DNA of 18,900 nucleotides from a virus: UHGV virus genome UHGV-1695514; one strand, 5' to 3'. Shown piece by piece: positions 14,392 to 18,900 of this stretch (position 1 is its first letter; each line of letters starts with the position of its first letter). The notes under the pieces were generated by a model. It saw only the letters and a program-made list of their open reading frames with translations, ran no database searches and was not told where the DNA came from. The position numbers and the translations under genes were made by a program.

Positions 14392-15168
14392 ATGGGAAAC
14401 AAACGTAAACAGGCGCGACGTGCAGCTCGCCAGGCGCTTAAGTCAAAATCGCGTATCCTTGGCTACGAGATCGACACTATTATCGTAGACGAGCTGGCCT
14501 CCGCCGCCCCTGCTCTGCCCCCAAAACCGAAGCGTGATACTTCCCCCATAGAGGCACGCAACGAAGCCCAGGCCCACTATCTTATCTCTCTTGATAGCAA
14601 AGCACTGACCTTCGCCACTGGCGAAGCCGGCTGCGGTAAAACCTTCCTGGCGACGGCAGTCGCGGCACAGCGATTACTCGATAAGGAAGTAGAGCGAATT
14701 ATCGTTACGCGCCCCGTACTGCAGGCAGAGGAGGATTTGGGCTTCCTGCCTGGCGATATGGCCGAGAAGTTCGCTCCGTTCTTTCGTCCCGTCTACGATG
14801 TGCTGCAGAAGCGCCTGGGCGCTTCATTTCTCGAATACTGCCTAAAGCCTGAGGTGGCTAAAGTCGAGATCGCCCCCTTCGCATACATGCGCGGTCGCAC
14901 GTTCGAAAACGCTGTGGTGATCCTCGATGAGGCCCAGAACGTGACGGCGTCACAAATGAAGATGTTCCTGACTCGGATGGGTGAGAACGTAACGGTCATC
15001 GTGAATGGTGATGTAACCCAATGCGATCTGCCGGGTAATGTTAAATCTGGTCTTGAGGACGCCCTGCAGCGGTTCCGGCCATCTCGCCAGGTAGGGCTCA
15101 TTGAGTTCACGGCCGAAGATTGCGTGCGCTCTGAGCTGTGCAAAGTGGCGCTTCAAGCCTATCTGTAA
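14392..15168 (+). CDS. phoH: PhoH-family ATPase
   Basis: Walker A GEAGCGKTFLA, Walker B VVILDEAQN, then GDVTQCDL, typical of PhoH. AAGGA (14381-14385) 6 nt before ATG 14392; the listed ORF start at 14377 is a TTG within the RBS. Confidence 0.8.
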   Translation: MGNKRKQARRAARQALKSKSRILGYEIDTIIVDELASAAPALPPKPKRDTSPIEARNEAQAHYLISLDSKALTFATGEAGCGKTFLATAVAAQRLLDKEVERIIVTRPVLQAEEDLGFLPGDMAEKFAPFFRPVYDVLQKRLGASFLEYCLKPEVAKVEIAPFAYMRGRTFENAVVILDEAQNVTASQMKMFLTRMGENVTVIVNGDVTQCDLPGNVKSGLEDALQRFRPSRQVGLIEFTAEDCVRSELCKVALQAYL

Positions 15169-15177
15169 GGAAACAAA

Positions 15178-15564
15178 ATGACTGACATGGAAATCGAAAA
15201 AGAAATCGTGGCCAAGGGAAAAACGGCCGCGCGAGTAACCCCAGAACGTATCCAAAGCGTTATCCGCGCCGAACATTATTTTACGGCCTTTGATGGCAGA
15301 TCTGGCGCCCTGGCAAGTGGGACCTATGCCGGCAAAGAGGTGCCAGTTGCTGGCGACGCTGATCTTGAGTCGCTTAAATTACTGACGTTTTGTGTACTGG
15401 TGTTGGAGAACGGATTCATCGTTACCGGTGAATCAGCTTGTGCAAGCCCGGAAAACTTTGATCCGGAGATCGGTCGTAAGATTGCGCGCCAGAACGCAGT
15501 CGCTAAAATCTGGCCACTTGAAGGATATCTCTTAAAACAAAGATTTAACAAGGCAAAACAATGA
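15178..15564 (+). CDS. conserved phage protein of unknown function (resembles the widespread Gp49-like family)
   Basis: AAGGA RBS 6 nt upstream; the block LTFCVLVLENGFIVTGESACASPENFDPEIGRKIARQNAVAKIWPLEGY matches my recollection of a conserved phage family; 128 aa. Confidence 0.55.
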   Translation: MTDMEIEKEIVAKGKTAARVTPERIQSVIRAEHYFTAFDGRSGALASGTYAGKEVPVAGDADLESLKLLTFCVLVLENGFIVTGESACASPENFDPEIGRKIARQNAVAKIWPLEGYLLKQRFNKAKQ

Positions 15565-15806
15565 AGTGTGTGATTTATGGCCGAGATAATTGCTCCTTCT
15601 GTAAGCGGGCAGTTGAGCTGGCGAAGCAGCTGCAGGGGCATGGATATGGCGAATATCAGTACATCGATATTGTCGCTGCCGGGATCGATAAACAAAAGCT
15701 GAGTGAAATGGTTGGGAAGCCGGTAGAAACCATTCCCCAGGTGTTTTTGGACGATGTTCCAATCGGCGGTTACACAGAATTTGCTGCTTTCGCAAGCACT
15801 CTGTAA
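15561..15806 (+). CDS. glutaredoxin-like protein
   Basis: CSFC active-site motif near the N-terminus and the glutaredoxin hallmark TIPQVF...IGGYTEF; 81 aa. ATG overlaps the upstream stop (ATGA). Confidence 0.8.
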   Translation: MKCVIYGRDNCSFCKRAVELAKQLQGHGYGEYQYIDIVAAGIDKQKLSEMVGKPVETIPQVFLDDVPIGGYTEFAAFASTL

Positions 15807-15813
15807 TACAATA

Positions 15814-15840
15814 CGGCTCCGTTTGGGGCCGTTTTGATTT
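15814..15840 (+). terminator. rho-independent terminator
   Basis: CGGCTCC-GTTT-GGGGCCG hairpin (one G-U pair) followed by TTTTGATTT, directly after the glutaredoxin stop. Confidence 0.7.
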
Positions 15841-15900
15841 GTCGCTTTTGATAACAGAGCGTACACTTAGGTACGAGCCATTTAGCTGTAAAGAGGTTTT

Positions 15901-16518
15901 ATGCATTTAGAAAATTGCCTGGAAGATATGAATGTCATTAGCAATGCTCTTGCTACCGTGACTTCTAACGCTTCACGCTTTTCGAATGCAAATAGCACTC
16001 CGAAAGCATTCCCGAAGCGTGTACACACAAAATTTAAGATGCGTCCCCGTTTCGGCGGCATCACAAGGTCGACGAGGCCCGGTTTTGCAGATTCCCATGA
16101 GTTCAGACTGCCGCAAACGGAAGGCATTCCGGTTGCTGAGAGTGACACCGCAGCTCAACTTGCGGATATTGAACAAAGGCTCGCAGAGCTGACGGCGAAA
16201 CACGTTCAGCTGACCCATAGCATTTCAGGTTACAGTGCGGAACAAATCCGCGAATCTTTCGGTGAAAGCCGTTACGAGGACTTGAAGAACGTTGACCTGT
16301 CCATACGCGGTTTAGAAGGCTTCGTTAACAAGTTCATCCGTGATGCTGAACAGCCACATCCGTACCTGAAACGCTTGAGTGATGCTATCACTGAGTACCG
16401 TCTGGCGGTTTCTGACCTCCTGATGATTTTAAATCAGTGCTTTAACGAAGTTGAGGTTATCGAATCGCAGACAGGTCTCATTGATGAGGACGTCTTCGCA
16501 AACTTCTCCTTCCATTAA
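15901..16518 (+). CDS. hypothetical protein (205 aa), upstream partner of the YafO-like gene
   Basis: AGAGG RBS 6 nt before ATG 15901; no recognisable motif; stop lies 9 nt before the next start. Confidence 0.6.
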   Translation: MHLENCLEDMNVISNALATVTSNASRFSNANSTPKAFPKRVHTKFKMRPRFGGITRSTRPGFADSHEFRLPQTEGIPVAESDTAAQLADIEQRLAELTAKHVQLTHSISGYSAEQIRESFGESRYEDLKNVDLSIRGLEGFVNKFIRDAEQPHPYLKRLSDAITEYRLAVSDLLMILNQCFNEVEVIESQTGLIDEDVFANFSFH

Positions 16519-16527
16519 GGCTGAACG

Positions 16528-16938
16528 ATGAAAGTCACATGGAACAGTGATAGTTACGCCCAATTTTTGGAGCCGGTCTTCAGAGTAATGCCTGATCTGG
16601 AGACCTCATTACTTACTGATTTTGTGAGTTTTAAGAACGGCTTTTATCCGGCCGTTTTTGGCAAAGATGGCCCCTATACCGAACCTGGTTCTGTAGTTTC
16701 CTCTCGTGTTTACCACGTTCATCTCTTATTCACCAAGCAAGAACGAAATAGTCACCGAAACAGGTTCAACTGCACAAGCGACCGCGCCCTCGTTTATACC
16801 CAGCACGCCAAGTTTCAGGACGTGTATAGTCTGCTGGCCATCTTCCCAAATAATGCTCACAACACGGCAAATGACAATGGAATAATGAATGACATTGCCA
16901 AATACGCTGAAGCCTTCCAGAAATTAACAAACCCGTAG
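16528..16938 (+). CDS. YafO-like protein (putative type II toxin, ribosome-dependent mRNA interferase family)
   Basis: Collinear with my recollection of E. coli YafO: DFVSFKNG, PAVFGKDGPY, VYHVHL, ALVYTQHA, LLAIFPNNAH, IAKYAEAF correspond to DFISYKRDG, PDIFGRD, VAHIHL, HLVYCQGA, LLIAILKP, KIGKMAEAF. 136 aa. Not confirmed by search. Confidence 0.55.
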   Translation: MKVTWNSDSYAQFLEPVFRVMPDLETSLLTDFVSFKNGFYPAVFGKDGPYTEPGSVVSSRVYHVHLLFTKQERNSHRNRFNCTSDRALVYTQHAKFQDVYSLLAIFPNNAHNTANDNGIMNDIAKYAEAFQKLTNP

Positions 16939-17001
16939 TTACCTGCAGCTCCATGCCTTTCTCATTCGTAGCGTGGTTCCATTACGATAATTTTCATATT
17001 T

Positions 17002-17361
17002 TTAGGCACTTAATCTAGTCGTTGCGCGTATGCATAAATATACAAGGAATAACGGTACAGAAAGCGGCATGCAAAATAACCACAAAATAATGAACATGCC
17101 ATACACACCGCTATTCACGCCAATGTGACGATCCCAAAAGGGTTTGGTCATTATCTTAAGGGCTAGTTTCTCCGAAGTATAATATGAGAATGGGTACAGG
17201 ATGGCGCTTAAAACAAGATATGTAACCACAAATGGCATATAAGGAGCATAGGCAGGAAAAATGAGTCCGTCATTCATATCGCGCACTATAAAGTAGATCA
17301 GATAGCCATAACCACACCATCCCCATAAGCAGTGCCGTAAATAATATTTTAAGGTCATCAT
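17002..17361 (-). CDS. colicin E1-type (pore-forming colicin) immunity-like inner-membrane protein
   Basis: Only convincing minus-strand gene. 119 aa with three hydrophobic segments. N-terminal MMTLKYYLRHCLWG...YLIYFIV...DG...F and mid-protein YPFSYYTSE match the pattern I recall for the ColE1 immunity protein (MSLRYYIKNILFG...IYIYLI...EG...F...CPYSKYAIE). AAGGA RBS 7 nt upstream on the minus strand. AT-rich gene. Confidence 0.5.
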   Translation of the reverse strand: MMTLKYYLRHCLWGWCGYGYLIYFIVRDMNDGLIFPAYAPYMPFVVTYLVLSAILYPFSYYTSEKLALKIMTKPFWDRHIGVNSGVYGMFIILWLFCMPLSVPLFLVYLCIRATTRLSA

Positions 17362-17586
17362 CTATGATTCCTTCATAGCTATACCGTTAAAGCTATCATA
17401 TCATGAATTGACGAAGTACCCCCTTCGAGACCAGGCGGCATCGAGACAGCCATAGACGCAAACATGACTGAACTGGCACCGGACAACGTTGGGACATAAC
17501 GCATAGACAAGGGTGATGTCGCAAACAAACAAGCGGGAAATGAATGACTCTGCCCAGATGACTAATTTTCAAAAAAAAGGCTTTCT

Positions 17587-17617
17587 ATGATTCCATACTT
17601 GGTAGGTATGGAATCAT
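17587..17617. other. 12-bp perfect hairpin (ATGATTCCATAC / GTATGGAATCAT, 7-nt loop) flanked by an A8 run on the + strand
   Basis: Read on the minus strand the hairpin is followed by a T8 run, so it would serve as an intrinsic terminator for leftward transcription. It lies about 70 bp upstream of the predicted intron 5' end. Confidence 0.5.
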
Positions 17618-17687
17618 TAGACAAAAGAGGGTATTTTAGGTTGATCTCAATAAAAACAATGCCTAATATACTGTATATAAACACAGT

Positions 17688-18900
17688 GTGCGCCGGGAGA
17701 CCGGTAGAGATCAAGGGGTGAAAGTCCCCGACCATTGAAGGACCAGCAATCCACAAGGTCCCCGAGTCATGCGTTGCATACCGCGAGGTATGGGGCGAAG
17801 CGTTGACAGGGGTGTTGACAGGCCAGCCATTGAGCCACGAAATGTATATTAAATTACCGGGTGCCGACGTTGTACTGTTAACGGAAGGCAACATCATAGG
17901 GTGCGATACTGCGAGTGCCACATGGACCCGGCGGGGTCTGAGACCCTGGCATGTCAATACGATCTCTACGCGGGAACCGGGAGATCTCCCCTCTGACCAT
18001 CTGCCAGTGTCGGAGATGGCCCGCACCGGGAAGACGAGGAGTCATAGCCGGTGATGTACGGAGAGGAGAAGTCGGACTCGCTCATAGTAGCGGCGAAGCA
18101 GGCGAACAACCCGAAAGGAGCGGAGTCAGTGGAGCGAAGGAGCGGGGCCAAGGGGAACGCGGAACAGCCACACATGCGCCGGACACAGAGCCGGGAAAGC
18201 ATGTCACAGAGGCTGTCACGCGTGCGGGAAGCTGCGAAGCAGCGGAAGAAAGAACGGTTTACAGCATTGTTCCACCTGCTGACAGTCGAAGCACTGGAAG
18301 CCGCATTCCTCTCCCTGAGCAGGAAAGCGGCCGCCGGAGTGGATGGCATCAGGTGGATGGACTACGCCGGAAACATGAAGAACAACATAACAGATCTGCA
18401 CCGGAGGCTACATCAGGGCAGCTACAGGGCGCAGCCCGGCAGGCGTCACTACATCCCAAAAGCGGATGGAAAACAACGCCCGCTCGGCATCGCCTCGCTG
18501 GAGGACAAGATCGTCCAGTATGCGCTGGTGAAAATCCTGAACGCAGTCTATGAAAACGACTTTATGGGGTTCTCATACGGGTTCAGACCCGGGCGAAGCC
18601 AGCACGATGCACTGGACGCACTGGCCACAGGGCTGGTACGCACTAACGTAAACTGGGTACTGGATGCCGACATCAGTCAGTTCTTCGACAGGGTGAGCCA
18701 CGAATGGCTGATCAGGTTCACAGAGCATCGGATCGGCGACCGGAGGGTAATCAGGCTCATACGTAAGTGGCTCACAGCCGGGACGTCGGAGGAGGGTCAA
18801 TGGCGAGCAACGGAGGAAGGCACCCCACAGGGTGCGGTCATCTCACCGCTGCTGGCAAACATATACCTCCACTACGTCTTCGATCTGTGGGCGCATCAGT
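17688..18900 (+). mobile_element. group II intron, 5' portion (continues beyond the window end)
   Basis: Begins with the GUGCG 5' consensus (17688-17692) followed by about 360 nt of GC-rich non-coding sequence, then an intron-encoded reverse transcriptase ORF in the position of domain IV. The 5' boundary is assigned by consensus only. Confidence 0.7.
18054..18900 (+). CDS. group II intron-encoded reverse transcriptase/maturase (3' end outside the window)
   Basis: Hand translation in the frame of ATG 18054: ...[18 protein letters not shown]...[12 protein letters not shown]...[23 protein letters not shown]...[12 protein letters not shown]...[14 protein letters not shown]...[16 protein letters not shown], i.e. 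RT domains 0-4 of group II intron proteins. This frame is not in the supplied ORF track because it has no stop before the window end; the start could be a later in-frame ATG (18174 or 18201). Confidence 0.8.
   Translation, partial: MYGEEKSDSLIVAAKQANNPKGAESVERRSGAKGNAEQPHMRRTQSRESMSQRLSRVREAAKQRKKERFTALFHLLTVEALEAAFLSLSRKAAAGVDGIRWMDYAGNMKNNITDLHRRLHQGSYRAQPGRRHYIPKADGKQRPLGIASLEDKIVQYALVKILNAVYENDFMGFSYGFRPGRSQHDALDALATGLVRTNVNWVLDADISQFFDRVSHEWLIRFTEHRIGDRRVIRLIRKWLTAGTSEEGQWRATEEGTPQGAVISPLLANIYLHYVFDLWAHQ

Noticed and set aside
17361-17594. 11-bp direct repeat TCTATGATTCC at 17361-17371 and 17584-17594.
   Set aside because: Exact 11-mers are expected by chance many times in 19 kb. The first copy overlaps the start codon of the immunity-like gene and the second is part of the 12-bp hairpin, so I do not read them as target-site duplications or insertion-element ends.
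17951-18553. Listed ORF 17951-18553 (+) inside the group II intron.
   Set aside because: It is in a different frame from the reverse transcriptase, whose conserved RT motifs appear only in the frame starting at 18054. The listed ORF is an off-frame read of GC-rich intron sequence.
559-18800. Numerous minus-strand ORFs in the track that overlap the + strand genes (for example 559-873, 1066-1377, 2871-3518, 5503-5919, 5978-6511, 8531-8932, 10187-10624, 15324-15866, 17562-18026, 17966-18349, 18573-18800).
   Set aside because: Each lies entirely inside, or opposite, a longer + strand gene with recognisable motifs or an RBS, or opposite structured intron RNA; none has its own RBS or motif. Treated as antisense shadow ORFs.
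1-18900. Looked for CRISPR arrays, integrase/att sites, and insertion-sequence terminal inverted repeats with transposase genes.
   Set aside because: No regularly spaced direct repeats, no tyrosine or serine recombinase motifs, and no transposase-like ORF in any frame; the only mobile element supported is the group II intron.

Overview
This 18.9-kb window reads as a segment of an enterobacterial tailed-phage or phage-plasmid genome, transcribed almost entirely on the + strand. In order: the 3' end of a tail protein gene; a tail-fibre gene with a C-terminal self-cleaving chaperone domain; a lysis cassette (holin-like gene, endolysin candidate, overlapped i-/o-spanin pair); a low-GC two-gene island of unknown function with its own terminator and candidate promoter; a type Ib ParA / small RHH partition pair; a DUF2971-like gene and an unknown gene; a DnaB-like helicase and a zinc-ribbon/TOPRIM primase; five genes of unknown function, four of them with overlapping start/stop codons; a 1.3-kb non-coding region with tRNA-Asn(GTT) and tRNA-Ser(TGA) flanked by three long perfect inverted repeats; PhoH, a conserved phage protein and a glutaredoxin; a YafO-like toxin gene preceded by an unknown 205-aa gene; a minus-strand colicin-E1-type immunity-like membrane protein; and the 5' part of a group II intron whose reverse-transcriptase ORF runs off the window end. 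Two families of short conserved motifs recur in intergenic regions (GTAAGTA/TACTTAC-based sites, and an AGAAAACAA-S-TTGTTT palindrome upstream of parA and the helicase). The most likely candidates for an undescribed system are the low-GC two-gene island (4165-5352) and the YafO-like pair (15901-16938). All family assignments are from reading the translations and motifs by eye; no database search was run.
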